A stretch of DNA of 64,000 nt from Mycobacterium sp. (GTDB lineage Bacteria; Actinomycetota; Actinomycetes; Mycobacteriales; Mycobacteriaceae). Positions 49,975-59,445 of this stretch are shown piece by piece. The translations under genes were made by a program, and so were the position numbers. A model generated the notes under the pieces. That model did not search any database. It was not told where the DNA came from and saw nothing but the letters and a program-made list of their open reading frames with translations. The stretch is taken from assembly GCA_044370595.1 (NCBI GenBank), contig JBILVF010000001.1. The stretch is one strand, 5' to 3'. Position 1 is the stretch's first letter. Every line of letters begins with the position of its first letter.

Positions 49975-50541
49975 CTAGTTGCCCGACTCGCCTTCTCCGG
50001 GTCCGCGGCCGGCATCGTCGTCGTCGATCAGATGCTCGAAGGCTTTGAGATTCTTCAGCGACTCCCCACGGGCCAACCGCCAGGCCCACTCTTTGCGGAT
50101 CGAGGAGGCGAAGCCGAGTTCGAGCAGCGTATTGAAGTCGTTGTTGACCGCCTCGACCACTTGGCCCAGCACCCGGTCGATCTCGTCGGCGTTGATGACG
50201 TCCAAGGCGATGCGGCCGATCAAGTAGATGTCGCCGATGTTGTCCAGGGTGTAGGCAACCCCGTAAAGGCGACGGTTCCGCTTGAGGATGAACCGGTAGA
50301 CGCCCTCGTGGTTCTCATCGGGCCGGCGGCAGACGAACGCCTCCACCCGCACCGAGTGCTCCCCGATGGACAGCAGGGTATTAGTGATCAGCTTGCGCTC
50401 ACCGGGCAGTTCCACGATGAGTCCCGGCAGGCCGCCGTGGGCACCTTCATAGCGGGTGAAACTCAACCCGTGCTCGGCCAGTGTCTGCTCGATCTCCTCC
50501 TGCACACGCCGCTCGGTCTCGCGCGGGTCGGCGGCCGTCAC
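49975..50541 (-). CDS. YbjN-domain protein (Rv0487-like)
   Basis: [23 protein letters not shown]; GTGA overlap with mshA. Confidence 0.88.
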   Translation of the reverse strand: MTAADPRETERRVQEEIEQTLAEHGLSFTRYEGAHGGLPGLIVELPGERKLITNTLLSIGEHSVRVEAFVCRRPDENHEGVYRFILKRNRRLYGVAYTLDNIGDIYLIGRIALDVINADEIDRVLGQVVEAVNNDFNTLLELGFASSIRKEWAWRLARGESLKNLKAFEHLIDDDDAGRGPGEGESGN

Positions 50542-51878
50542 GCGCGTACCCCTCGGCGCCTCGTCCAGCGGCGCACCGGCCGCCGACCGCTCTGCTCCCG
50601 CACCGAACGGTGGGTTCGACGGTAGTCGGCGAGGGCGCGGCCGTAACTGGCCAACAGGGCGTCGACGGTGTGGTCCCAGGAGAACCGGGCCGCATGGGCG
50701 ACCGCCGCCATGCGCAGGGCGTCTGCGTCGGCATCGAGCAGCCCGGAGATCGCCTCGGCCCACTGGCGCGGGTCATGTCCGGCGACCAGGGTGCCGCTGC
50801 GGCCGTCATCCACCGCGACCGGCAGCCCACCCACCGCGGCCGCGACCACCGGCGTCCCGCAGGCCTGCGCTTCGACGGCGACCAGGCCGAAGGACTCCGA
50901 GTAGCTGGGCACGGCTACCAGGTCCGCGGCCCGGTAGACGTTGACCAGGTGCTCGCGGGCCTGCGGCGGCAGGAACGTCACCCGATCGGCGATACCGAGT
51001 TCGGCGGCCAGCCTCCGGAGGCTGTCCGGGGCGGCCAGTCCGTTGCCGGAGGCACCGCCGGCAACCACGACCCGCGCCGGGCCGGCCGGCGTCGTGGGCA
51101 GCAGCGCCGCCGCCCGAAGCAGGACATCGGGGGCCTTCAGCGGCTGTATCCGGCCGACGAATGCCACGACCGGTTCATCGGCCGGCAGCCCCAGGGCGGC
51201 ACGGGCAGCCGCCCGGTCACCCGGGGTGAACATCTGCAGATCCACTCCCGGATGGACCACGTCGATCCGGGTGGGATCAGCGCCGTGCAGCGAGACTAAT
51301 TGCCGCGCTTCGTCTTCGGTGTTGACGATGAGTCGGTCGGCTTCATCGACCACCTGTTGTTCACCGACGGAGCGCAGCGGCGGTTCAGGGGCGTCACCGT
51401 CGGCCAGTGCCGCGTTCTTCACCGCTGCAAGGGTGTGGGCGGTGTGCACCAGGGGAACGGCCCAGCGGTCGCGGGCCAGCCAGCCGACCTGACCAGAGAG
51501 CCAGTAATGCGAATGAACGATGTCGTAGTGGCCTGGTTCGTGGTTGGCCTCGGCACGCAGAACGCCGGCGGTGAAGGCGCACAACTGCGTCGGCAGGTCG
51601 TATTTGTGCAGACCTTCGAAGGGCCCGGCCACCACGTTGCGCACCAGCACCCCCGGCGCAACCCGGACCGTCGGCGGGTCGGCCGAGGACGTGGCCCGGG
51701 TGAAGATCTCCACGTCCACGCCGCGGGCGGCCATATGCAACGCGGTCTGCAGGACGTAGACGTTCATCCCACCGGCATCGCCGGTTCCGGGTTGGGCCAA
51801 GGGCGAAGTGTGCACCGACAACACCGCAACCCGACGCGGTAACGCACCGACATCGGCCAGGTCCCGGGGTTCCCGCAC
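50538..51878 (-). CDS. mshA: D-inositol-3-phosphate glycosyltransferase
   Basis: [42 protein letters not shown]; start approximate. Confidence 0.95.
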   Translation of the reverse strand: MREPRDLADVGALPRRVAVLSVHTSPLAQPGTGDAGGMNVYVLQTALHMAARGVDVEIFTRATSSADPPTVRVAPGVLVRNVVAGPFEGLHKYDLPTQLCAFTAGVLRAEANHEPGHYDIVHSHYWLSGQVGWLARDRWAVPLVHTAHTLAAVKNAALADGDAPEPPLRSVGEQQVVDEADRLIVNTEDEARQLVSLHGADPTRIDVVHPGVDLQMFTPGDRAAARAALGLPADEPVVAFVGRIQPLKAPDVLLRAAALLPTTPAGPARVVVAGGASGNGLAAPDSLRRLAAELGIADRVTFLPPQAREHLVNVYRAADLVAVPSYSESFGLVAVEAQACGTPVVAAAVGGLPVAVDDGRSGTLVAGHDPRQWAEAISGLLDADADALRMAAVAHAARFSWDHTVDALLASYGRALADYRRTHRSVREQSGRRPVRRWTRRRGVRA

Positions 51879-51936
51879 CCCACCATCATGCCCGACGTCG
51901 GCACCGGCCAGTGTCGCTGTGGCTAGAGTCGATGCG

Positions 51937-52689
51937 ATGACCGCACTGCCAGACGCCCACTCGCGCGTCGCCGTGGTGACCGGTGCCAGTTCGGGCATTG
52001 GTGAGGCGACAGCGAGAACGCTTGCCGCCCAGGGTTTTCACGTCGTCGCGGTGGCCCGTCGCGCCGACCGGATCAAACGGCTTGCAGCCGAAATCGGCGG
52101 CACCGCCGTACCCGGGGACGTGACGGACGAGGCATCCGTGCAGTCCCTGGCACGACAACTGGAACGGGTCGATGTCCTGGTGAACAACGCCGGCGGCGCC
52201 AAGGGCCTGCAGTCGGTCGCCGAGGCGGACCTGGACGACTGGCGCTGGATGTGGGACACCAACGTCCTCGGCACGTTGCGGGTCACCCGAGCGCTGCTAC
52301 CGGCCCTGATCGCTTCCGGAGACGGCCTGATCGTCACCGTCACCTCGATCGCCGCCTTGGAGGTGTACGACGGCGGCGCCGGCTACACCGCGGCCAAACA
52401 CGCTCAGGGTGCGGTGCATCGGACGCTGCGCGGTGAACTGCTCGGAAAGCCCGTCCGACTCACCGAGATCGCCCCGGGTGCGGTGCAGACCGAGTTCTCC
52501 CTGGTCCGCTTCGGGGGGGACACCCAACGCGCCGATGCCGTCTACGCCGGTATCACTCCTCTGACGGCCGAAGACGTCGCCGAGGTGATCGGGTTCGTCG
52601 CCGCTCGCCCGCCGCACGTCAACATCGATCAGATCGTCATCCGACCCCGCGACCAGGCCAGCGCCAGTCGGTACCACCGACGGACTTAA
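51937..52689 (+). CDS. Short-chain dehydrogenase (Rv0484c-like)
   Basis: [18 protein letters not shown]. Confidence 0.92.
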   Translation: MTALPDAHSRVAVVTGASSGIGEATARTLAAQGFHVVAVARRADRIKRLAAEIGGTAVPGDVTDEASVQSLARQLERVDVLVNNAGGAKGLQSVAEADLDDWRWMWDTNVLGTLRVTRALLPALIASGDGLIVTVTSIAALEVYDGGAGYTAAKHAQGAVHRTLRGELLGKPVRLTEIAPGAVQTEFSLVRFGGDTQRADAVYAGITPLTAEDVAEVIGFVAARPPHVNIDQIVIRPRDQASASRYHRRT

Positions 52690-52698
52690 CCGCCGGTC

Positions 52699-53757
52699 CT
52701 ACAGCGCGCAACCCACCAGCACCGGTTCGGGTGTCAGCGTCACCCCGAACGCCGCCCGCACGCCGTCTCGGACGGTGCGCGCCAACTCCAACACGTCGGC
52801 GGTGCTGGCTCCGCCACGATTGGTCAGGGCGAGGGCGTGTTTGGTGGACAACCGGCACGAGCCGGAACCGGGATAGCCCTTGCCGAACCCGGCCTGTTCC
52901 ACCAGCCAGCCAGCCGCCAGCTTGACTCCGCCGTCGGCCGGGTAGTGCGGGACGGCCACCGCCGACTGATCGCGGATCGAGGCGAACTGTTGGTCGGACA
53001 CCACCGGGTTGGTGAAAAAGGAACCGACACTCCAGGTGTCGTGATCCCCCGGGTCGAGCACCATGCCTTTAGCGCCGCGCAGCGACAGCACCGTCGCACG
53101 CACCCGCGCGGGGTCACTGCGGTCGCCGACCGCGACGCCGAGTGCGGAGGCGAGTTCGCCGTAGCGCACCGGGGCGGAGCGCCCGTGCGGGTCGAGGGTG
53201 AACTCCACCTCCAGCACGGTGGCATCAGCAGAGTTCTTCAGCACGCTGTGCCGGTAACCGAAACCCAACTCATCGGCGGGCACCCATTCCGCCTCGCCGC
53301 TGCGCCGATCAAGCAGCAAGACCCGAGTGATGCAGTCGGCCACCTCGACGCCGTAGGCGCCGACGTTCTGCACCGGGGTGGCCCCGGCCGAGCCGGGGAT
53401 TCCAGCGAGGCATTCCAGCCCGCCAAGGCCGGCCCGCACCGCCTGGTCCACGACTGCGTCCCAGTCGGCCCCGGCCTCGGCCCGCAGCCTCGCGCCCTCG
53501 ATGGTGACTCCGGCACTGGCCAGGCGCACCACGGTGAGATCGGTCAAATCGTCGGCCACCACCACGTTGGAGCCGCCACCGAGCACCAGAGCGGGCTGAC
53601 CGCCGGAGTCCAGCGTGCGCAGCGTTGCGACGATCTGATCGGTACTGGCACAGGTGATCACACGACGGGCGACGGGGCCCACACGCAGCGTTGTCAACGA
53701 CGCCAGGGCCACGTTGGTGGTGACCTGCGCTCCGCCGAAGTCCTCCTGTAGGGCCAC
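52699..53757 (-). CDS. murB: UDP-N-acetylmuramate dehydrogenase
   Basis: [36 protein letters not shown]. Confidence 0.95.
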   Translation of the reverse strand: MALQEDFGGAQVTTNVALASLTTLRVGPVARRVITCASTDQIVATLRTLDSGGQPALVLGGGSNVVVADDLTDLTVVRLASAGVTIEGARLRAEAGADWDAVVDQAVRAGLGGLECLAGIPGSAGATPVQNVGAYGVEVADCITRVLLLDRRSGEAEWVPADELGFGYRHSVLKNSADATVLEVEFTLDPHGRSAPVRYGELASALGVAVGDRSDPARVRATVLSLRGAKGMVLDPGDHDTWSVGSFFTNPVVSDQQFASIRDQSAVAVPHYPADGGVKLAAGWLVEQAGFGKGYPGSGSCRLSTKHALALTNRGGASTADVLELARTVRDGVRAAFGVTLTPEPVLVGCAL

Positions 53758-53783
53758 GCCGGGTAACGGTAGCCTCAACCGCT

Positions 53784-54290
53784 ATGCCGCGTTCGTTCGA
53801 CATGGCCACCGAGTACGAGGGGACGGTGGAGCAGGTTCATGACGCCTTTCGCGATCAGCAGTACTGGATGGCTCGACTGGCCGCCTCCGGTGCCGACGAC
53901 TGGACGCTGAACGCGTTTCACCTCGGCGGCGACGGCGGCGTTGACGTGGTAACCACGCAGGTGCTTCGCGCCGAACGGCTGCCGGGCGTGGTGCACCAGT
54001 TCCACAAAGGCGACCTAGAGATCCGGCGGGCCGAGACCTGGACCGGCTTGTCCGACGGCGCCGCCGAAGCCTCGGTGGCCAGCTCTATCGTGCGGGCACC
54101 GGTAAGCCTCAACGGCGACGCCAGCCTTTCGGCTTTCGGCGCAGGGGCGCGGCTGGTCATCCAAGCCGTCGTCGACGTCCGCATCCCGCTGGTCGGCCGC
54201 AAAATGGAGAAGTTCATCGGCACCCAGCTCATCAACCTGCTCAACACCGAGCAGGAGTTCACCACGAGGTGGATCGTCGAGAATCACTGA
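53784..54290 (+). CDS. DUF2505 protein (Rv0481c-like), copy 1
   Basis: MPRSFDM, VRIPLVGRKME; synteny. Confidence 0.85.
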   Translation: MPRSFDMATEYEGTVEQVHDAFRDQQYWMARLAASGADDWTLNAFHLGGDGGVDVVTTQVLRAERLPGVVHQFHKGDLEIRRAETWTGLSDGAAEASVASSIVRAPVSLNGDASLSAFGAGARLVIQAVVDVRIPLVGRKMEKFIGTQLINLLNTEQEFTTRWIVENH

Positions 54291-54333
54291 TGGCACCGGC
54301 ATCCTGAGCCACGGTTGATGCAATGCTGATTGA

Positions 54334-54846
54334 ATGCCCCGCAGCATGACCTTCGACATCGACGTGGACCTGCCGGCCGCCAAGATGTACAGCCTGTTCA
54401 CCAAGGTGGACTACTGGCAGGATCTCGTCGAGTACTACCGGGAGAACGCCGGACGCACCGAGATAGCGCACTTCTCCTCCGACGACACCGGGACCCACGT
54501 GTCATTCAGTCACATCATGACCTCGGAGGATTTGCCGCCGATCGCCCGGCCGGTGTTGCCGGGTACCTTCGTGGTCACCCGGGAGCAGCACTTCGAGCCG
54601 TTCGACGCACCGTCCAATAGTGCGCTGGGCCGTTACCTCGCGCACATTCCCGCCCCGGTCGAACTCACCGGCGACTACGTGATCACCGACACCGAACGCG
54701 GCAGCCGGATGCGACTGGAGAGCGTGTGTCGGGTGCGGGCGCCACTCATCGGCGGACAGATCGAGGGTTTGGTCATGGGCGGTCTGAAGATGCTCTTCAA
54801 AAAAGAAGGTGAATTCACCGCGGACTGGATTGTCGGCCATCGCTAG
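54334..54846 (+). CDS. DUF2505 protein, copy 2 (diverged)
   Basis: MPRSMTFD, VRAPLIGGQIE, EGEFTADWI parallels copy 1. Confidence 0.78.
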   Translation: MPRSMTFDIDVDLPAAKMYSLFTKVDYWQDLVEYYRENAGRTEIAHFSSDDTGTHVSFSHIMTSEDLPPIARPVLPGTFVVTREQHFEPFDAPSNSALGRYLAHIPAPVELTGDYVITDTERGSRMRLESVCRVRAPLIGGQIEGLVMGGLKMLFKKEGEFTADWIVGHR

Positions 54847-55675
54847 GACGCACCGGCCGGTCGGCATTCCGACCCGCGGTACCACCGGCACCAACCGGCT
54901 GCGGCGAGCCGACCGGTGGTTGGTGCACTCCCCCCGGGTGCTGGCGGCGTTGATCGCCGCCGAGACGCCGGTGGTGATCGACCTCGGCTACGGACGGTTG
55001 CCGGTCACCACCCTGGAGTTGGCGGACCGGTTGCGGTCGGTGCGGCCCGACGTGCGGGTGGTCGGCCTGGAGATCGACCCGGAGCGCGTTGCCGCGGCAC
55101 ATGATTACGCCGCTGCGGGCACCGAATTCCGGCTCGGCGGTTTCGAACTCGCCGGGTTGCACCCGGTTCTGCTGCGGGCGTTCAACGTGCTGCGCCAGTA
55201 CCCCGAGGAGGCGGTGGCGGCCGCCTGGCGCACCATGCTGGACAACCTGGCACCCGGCGGGCTGCTGGTGGACGGCACCTGCGATGAGGTGGGCCGGCGC
55301 GGCTGTTGGGTGCTGCTGGACCGCGACGGCCCGCTGAGTTTGACGCTGGCCTGCGACCCGAAGGCCATCGAGCGGCCGTCGGACCTCGCCGAACGCTTGC
55401 CGAAGGCGCTTATCCACCACAACATTCCCGGCCAACCGATCCACGCTCTGCTCGATGCGGCCGACCGCGCATGGGCGGCGGCAGCAGGGCAGTCGGTATT
55501 CGGGCCGCGGGCCCGGTGGCGGGCGATGCTGGCGGGGCTGCGGGCGGAGGGGATTCCGGTCGAGGCCCAGCGGGGCAATCCCCGGGACGGGGTGCTGACT
55601 GTGCCGTGGGCGAGCGTCGCCCCACCCCCCACTGCCCCACCCCCCACTGCCCCACCCCCCACTGCCCCTCTGTGA
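54809..55675 (+). CDS. Class I SAM-dependent methyltransferase-like protein
   Basis: TRGTTGTNRLRR, DLGYG, GLEID, RAFNVLRQY; start uncertain. Confidence 0.8.
   Translation: MNSPRTGLSAIARTHRPVGIPTRGTTGTNRLRRADRWLVHSPRVLAALIAAETPVVIDLGYGRLPVTTLELADRLRSVRPDVRVVGLEIDPERVAAAHDYAAAGTEFRLGGFELAGLHPVLLRAFNVLRQYPEEAVAAAWRTMLDNLAPGGLLVDGTCDEVGRRGCWVLLDRDGPLSLTLACDPKAIERPSDLAERLPKALIHHNIPGQPIHALLDAADRAWAAAAGQSVFGPRARWRAMLAGLRAEGIPVEAQRGNPRDGVLTVPWASVAPPPTAPPPTAPPPTAPL
55621..55665. repeat. 15-bp tandem repeat CCCACCCCCCACTGC x3 (PPPTA), G-quadruplex-prone on minus strand
   Basis: Three perfect units at 55621, 55636, 55651. Confidence 0.9.
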
Positions 55676-55724
55676 CCCCGGCGTCACGCTCGGCGCCGAG
55701 TGAGGGCGACTAGCCTAGGCAGCC

Positions 55725-56516
55725 ATGCGAATCGCGCTGGCGCAGATTCAGGCCGGGACCGACCCGGCCGCCAACCTTTCGATCGTCGCCGACTACACCC
55801 GCCGCGCTGCTGAGGCCGGTGCTCGGCTGGTGGTGTTTCCGGAGGCGACCATGTGCCGGTTTGGCGTGGCCCTGGGCGAGGTCGCCGAACCGATCGACGG
55901 ACGCTGGGCCGATGCCGTGCGTGGGATAGCCGGCGACGCCGGGATCACCGTCTTCGCCGGGATGTTCACCCCGACGCCCGATGGTCGGGTCACCAACACC
56001 CTGCTGGCGACCGGCGCCGGCGTTGAGGCCCGCTACGACAAGATCCACCTGTACGACGCGTTCGGGTTCGCCGAGTCCCAGACCGTCGCCCCCGGACGCG
56101 AATCGGTGGTCGTCGACGTCGGCGGTACCGGTGTCGGGGTGACCCTGTGCTACGACATCCGCTTCCCGTACCTCTACACCGAACTCGCCGACCGCGGCGC
56201 CGAGGTCATCACCGTCAGCGCATCCTGGGGGGACGGCCCCGGGAAGCTCGATCAGTGGACGCTGCTGGCCCGGGCCCGGGCGCTGGACTCCGGCTGTTTC
56301 GTAGCGGGGGCCGGACAGGCCTATCCCGGCTCGCAGGTGGCGGCCCAAGCTCCCACCGGAGTCGGCGGCAGCCTCGTGGCCTCTCCGCTGGGAGAGATAC
56401 TCGCCGCAGCGGGCCCCGACCCGCAACTGGTGGTGTGCGATCTGGATCTGGGCGGCCTCCCGGCAATCCGCGAGACGGTTGGCGTGCTGCGCAATCGCCT
56501 CAGCCGCGATTCGTAA
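55725..56516 (+). CDS. Carbon-nitrogen hydrolase (Nit family, Rv0480c-like)
   Basis: VFPEA, YDKIHLYD, LCYDIRFP catalytic E-K-C triad. Confidence 0.92.
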   Translation: MRIALAQIQAGTDPAANLSIVADYTRRAAEAGARLVVFPEATMCRFGVALGEVAEPIDGRWADAVRGIAGDAGITVFAGMFTPTPDGRVTNTLLATGAGVEARYDKIHLYDAFGFAESQTVAPGRESVVVDVGGTGVGVTLCYDIRFPYLYTELADRGAEVITVSASWGDGPGKLDQWTLLARARALDSGCFVAGAGQAYPGSQVAAQAPTGVGGSLVASPLGEILAAAGPDPQLVVCDLDLGGLPAIRETVGVLRNRLSRDS

Positions 56517-56531
56517 GGCACAATCGGCCGA

Positions 56532-57488
56532 GTGACGATCCCGCCCCCGGGTCAACCCCCAGGTCCCCAGTACCCGGGCCCGCCCCAGTACCCGGGCCCG
56601 CCCCAGTACCCGGGACAGAGTTTGCCGCCTCACCCATCGCCACCACCGGCCGCAGTCCCGGCACAGGGACCACCGACACAGGGACCACCGACACAGGGTT
56701 ACGACGAACCGCCCACCCAGTACATCCCGCGCCCGGTCGAACCAGAGGAACCTCGCCGCGGACTATTCGGTGACCCGCTGTCGGTGGCACTGGCGCTGGT
56801 CATCGTGGTGGCGCTGGCGTTGGCGGCCTTATTGGGCGGGGAGTTCTACGCGCGGCACCGCGCCAACTCGATCGTCGCCAAAGCGGTCAGTTGTGTGGTG
56901 CAGGACAGCGCGACCGCATCGTTCGGGGTGCGGCCGTTCCTGCTGCAACATTTCACCCACCACTACCGGGATATGCGCGTGGAAACCGCGGGCAACCAGA
57001 TCCGGGAAGCCAAGGGGATGAAATTGCAGCTGCGCCTCGATGATGTCCGGATGAACCAGAGCGCGGACTCAGCGGGCACCCTCGGCGCGCTGGACGCCGA
57101 CATCACCTGGTCGTCGGAGGGAATTCAGCAGACAGTCTCCGGCATGATCCCGCTGATCGGCGGTCTGGTCAGCGGTGTCACCCCCGACCCGGCTGCGGGC
57201 ACGCTGGAGGTGGTGGGGCCACTGGGAACCGTCACGATCAAGCCGGAGGTGGCCGCCGACGGCTTGGCCTTGCAGGTGCTGCAAGTGACCGGCCTCGGCT
57301 TCACCCTGCCCCGCGAGACGGTGCAGCCCGCGCTGGACGCGTTCACCGACCAGCTGACCAAGAATCTGCCAATGGGAATCCGAGCCGAAAGCGTGGGAGT
57401 CACCGACAGCGGGGTGACGGCGCGCTTCATCACGCGTGACGCGACGATCCCCAACGCCGCGCAGGATCCCTGCTTCGCAGGGCTCTAG
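56532..57488 (+). CDS. LmeA/DUF2993 family protein (Rv0479c-like), Pro-rich N-terminus
   Basis: Pro/Gln-rich leader, single TM, GGEFYARHRA, PFLLQH. Confidence 0.82.
   Translation: MTIPPPGQPPGPQYPGPPQYPGPPQYPGQSLPPHPSPPPAAVPAQGPPTQGPPTQGYDEPPTQYIPRPVEPEEPRRGLFGDPLSVALALVIVVALALAALLGGEFYARHRANSIVAKAVSCVVQDSATASFGVRPFLLQHFTHHYRDMRVETAGNQIREAKGMKLQLRLDDVRMNQSADSAGTLGALDADITWSSEGIQQTVSGMIPLIGGLVSGVTPDPAAGTLEVVGPLGTVTIKPEVAADGLALQVLQVTGLGFTLPRETVQPALDAFTDQLTKNLPMGIRAESVGVTDSGVTARFITRDATIPNAAQDPCFAGL
56565..56698 (+). repeat. Two in-frame tandem repeats: 18-bp x2.8 (PQYPGP) and 15-bp x2.5 (QGPPT)
   Basis: CCCCAGTACCCGGGCCCG at 56565 and 56583; CACAGGGACCACCGA at 56662 and 56677. Confidence 0.88.
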
Positions 57489-57502
57489 CCAGCGCTCTCC
57501 AG

Positions 57503-57916
57503 TCAGCCCTTCTCCGCGCCGCCCGGGTTGCAGCCGGCCAGCACCATGGCGCTCTCATCAACTGCCGGACGCCACGCTTCAAGGTCCCAACTGGACTTGC
57601 CCGGCTCGGCGAACTCGGCGAAGCGCCAATGGCACAGGAACTGGGAGCGCATGCTCGCGGTATCGGCGTCCGGGGCCAGTGCCAGGACCTCAGCCCACGC
57701 CTCATTCGTCTGCGCTCCGGTCTTGCCGAAGTCACCGGCGACGTCCCGGCCGGCCGAGGTGGGATAGACCCGTAGCGTGGGCAGGCCGTCGTAGCTGACC
57801 CACCGAACGGAATCGATGTAGGGCGGCGGCGTTCCGGCATCCGCCGACGCGGCGGCCGGATACGTCATGCAGCAGGCCGCTGCCGCGGCGAGTGCCGCGA
57901 TCGGCTTCCCGATCAG
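57503..57916 (-). CDS. Secreted DUF2599 protein (Rv0477-like)
   Basis: [33 protein letters not shown]; start ambiguous (CTG 57916 or ATG 57868). Confidence 0.85.
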   Translation of the reverse strand: MIGKPIAALAAAAACCMTYPAAASADAGTPPPYIDSVRWVSYDGLPTLRVYPTSAGRDVAGDFGKTGAQTNEAWAEVLALAPDADTASMRSQFLCHWRFAEFAEPGKSSWDLEAWRPAVDESAMVLAGCNPGGAEKG

Positions 57917-58194
57917 CGGGACTTGCCCTGAACGTCGAGGAGTTTGGGCCGCACGTCGGCCAGGTAGACACCGGCCGCGACCGCGGCGATCACCGACCCC
58001 GTCACACCGAGAACCAGTGACAGCAGGCCCGACACGCCGAGGATGCCCAGCCACACCGGCTTGGTGAGCTTGTCGACGGCAGTGTAGGCATCCGGGCGCT
58101 GCATCGCGGCGTGCACGAATGCGTACACGACGGCCGCCAGCACCACCCAGGACAGGACAGAAAGAACGAGACCCGCCACACCTTGAAGCATCAC
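57913..58194 (-). CDS. DUF2516 membrane protein (Rv0476-like)
   Basis: [31 protein letters not shown]. Confidence 0.9.
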   Translation of the reverse strand: MMLQGVAGLVLSVLSWVVLAAVVYAFVHAAMQRPDAYTAVDKLTKPVWLGILGVSGLLSLVLGVTGSVIAAVAAGVYLADVRPKLLDVQGKSR

Positions 58195-58239
58195 GGCTCC
58201 AAGGGTAGGCGGGTCTCGTCCTAGCGTCGAACTAGAGGC

Positions 58240-58878
58240 TTACTTCTGGGTGACCTTCTTGGCCGGAGCCTTCTTGGCCGGAGCCTTCTTGGCGACCTTC
58301 TTGGCAGCAGCCTTGGCCGGAGCGGCCTTCTTGGCAGCAGCCTTCTTGGCCGGAGCGGCCTTCTTGGCGACGGCCTTCTTGGCCGGGGCATCCTTGGCCG
58401 GCAAATCGACGCCGACCAGCTTGGCGGCGCGCTCGCCGACAGCGCGGGTCTGCGCCGAGACGTTGCCCAGGGCTTCCTGGGTCAGCTCGACGGCCTGGTC
58501 GACGTAACCCTCGACGCGGTCGGCAGCCTCCTTGAACTCCGGCTGACCCTTGAGCCGCTCAAGAGCGGCCTCGCCGCGGGCGATCAGGCTGGTGTAGGTC
58601 TCGGTGGCGTCGACGAGGAACTCGTCGGCCGCCTTGCGCAGCTCGTCAGTGGTGAGCCGACCGCGCAGCTCCTCGGTCCGCTTGGGCAGCTCTTCCTGCA
58701 GACGGGTCAGCGCAGCACGCCGATCGTCCATGCGGTCGCCGGCGACCTCAGCGCGCTCGCGCAGCGTGATAACGATCTCATTGACGGTGGCCAGCGCCAG
58801 GTCAGCAGCACCGACCGCAGCTAGCAGCGGAGCCTTGAGATCTTCGATGGTGTTCTCGTTCTTGTTCTTCTTAGCCAT
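58240..58878 (-). CDS. hbhA: Heparin-binding hemagglutinin
   Basis: [17 protein letters not shown], coiled coil, C-terminal KKAAPAKK repeats; GAAAGGA RBS. Confidence 0.93.
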   Translation of the reverse strand: MAKKNKNENTIEDLKAPLLAAVGAADLALATVNEIVITLRERAEVAGDRMDDRRAALTRLQEELPKRTEELRGRLTTDELRKAADEFLVDATETYTSLIARGEAALERLKGQPEFKEAADRVEGYVDQAVELTQEALGNVSAQTRAVGERAAKLVGVDLPAKDAPAKKAVAKKAAPAKKAAAKKAAPAKAAAKKVAKKAPAKKAPAKKVTQK

Positions 58879-58947
58879 GGGGCCGTTTTCCTTTCGGTGT
58901 TCTCGTGGAGCTTTCGGTTTTTCAGTCATGCCGCAAAGATGTCCGCG

Positions 58948-59391
58948 TTACTCAGCCGGCGGCTCCCCTGCGTTATCGGCAAGCGGGTCTACCTGGTTCT
59001 GTTGACAGAACGATGTGTAGATGTCGAGCAGGACGCGCTTCTGCCGTTCGCTGATCGCGGCGTCACCGATGATGGCGTCGTGCACCTGGCTCGGCTGCCC
59101 GGGCTCGAGAATCCCAGCCCGCACATAGAGGACTTCCGCCGACAGCCGAAGCGCCTTGGCGATCTGGCTCAGCACTTCCGCAGACGGCTTGCGCAGCCCC
59201 CGCTCGATTTGGCTGAGGTAGGGGTTGCTCACTCCGGCCCGCTCGGCGAGTTGGCGTACCGAGACCTGGGCGGCCTCCCGCTGGGTGCGGATGAAGCTGC
59301 CGATGTCCTGGGCGGCGTTACTCACCACGGCGGCGAGGTCTGACTCTTGAGCCGTCATTCGCCTCCTCGCGGGAACGGTTGTCGTTTGCAT
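58948..59391 (-). CDS. XRE-family HTH regulator (Rv0474-like)
   Basis: QLAERAGVSNPYLSQIERGLRKPSAEVL; alternative ATG 59358. Confidence 0.93.
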   Translation of the reverse strand: MQTTTVPARRRMTAQESDLAAVVSNAAQDIGSFIRTQREAAQVSVRQLAERAGVSNPYLSQIERGLRKPSAEVLSQIAKALRLSAEVLYVRAGILEPGQPSQVHDAIIGDAAISERQKRVLLDIYTSFCQQNQVDPLADNAGEPPAE

Positions 59392-59410
59392 ATGAGATAA
59401 CCGTACCCGT

Positions 59411-59434
59411 TAGTGCTAACAATTGCAAGCACTA
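59411..59434. promoter_or_regulatory. 24-bp imperfect palindrome TAGTGCT-AACAATTGCA-AGCACTA
   Basis: Perfect 7-bp outer arms, directly upstream of the XRE gene. Confidence 0.6.
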
Positions 59435-59445
59435 GCTAGCGCAGG

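Noticed and set aside
58240-58390. Dense GGCCTTCTT repeats as a DNA repeat element or CRISPR
   Set aside because: They encode the known Lys/Ala/Pro heparin-binding tail of HbhA; no spacers and no cas genes
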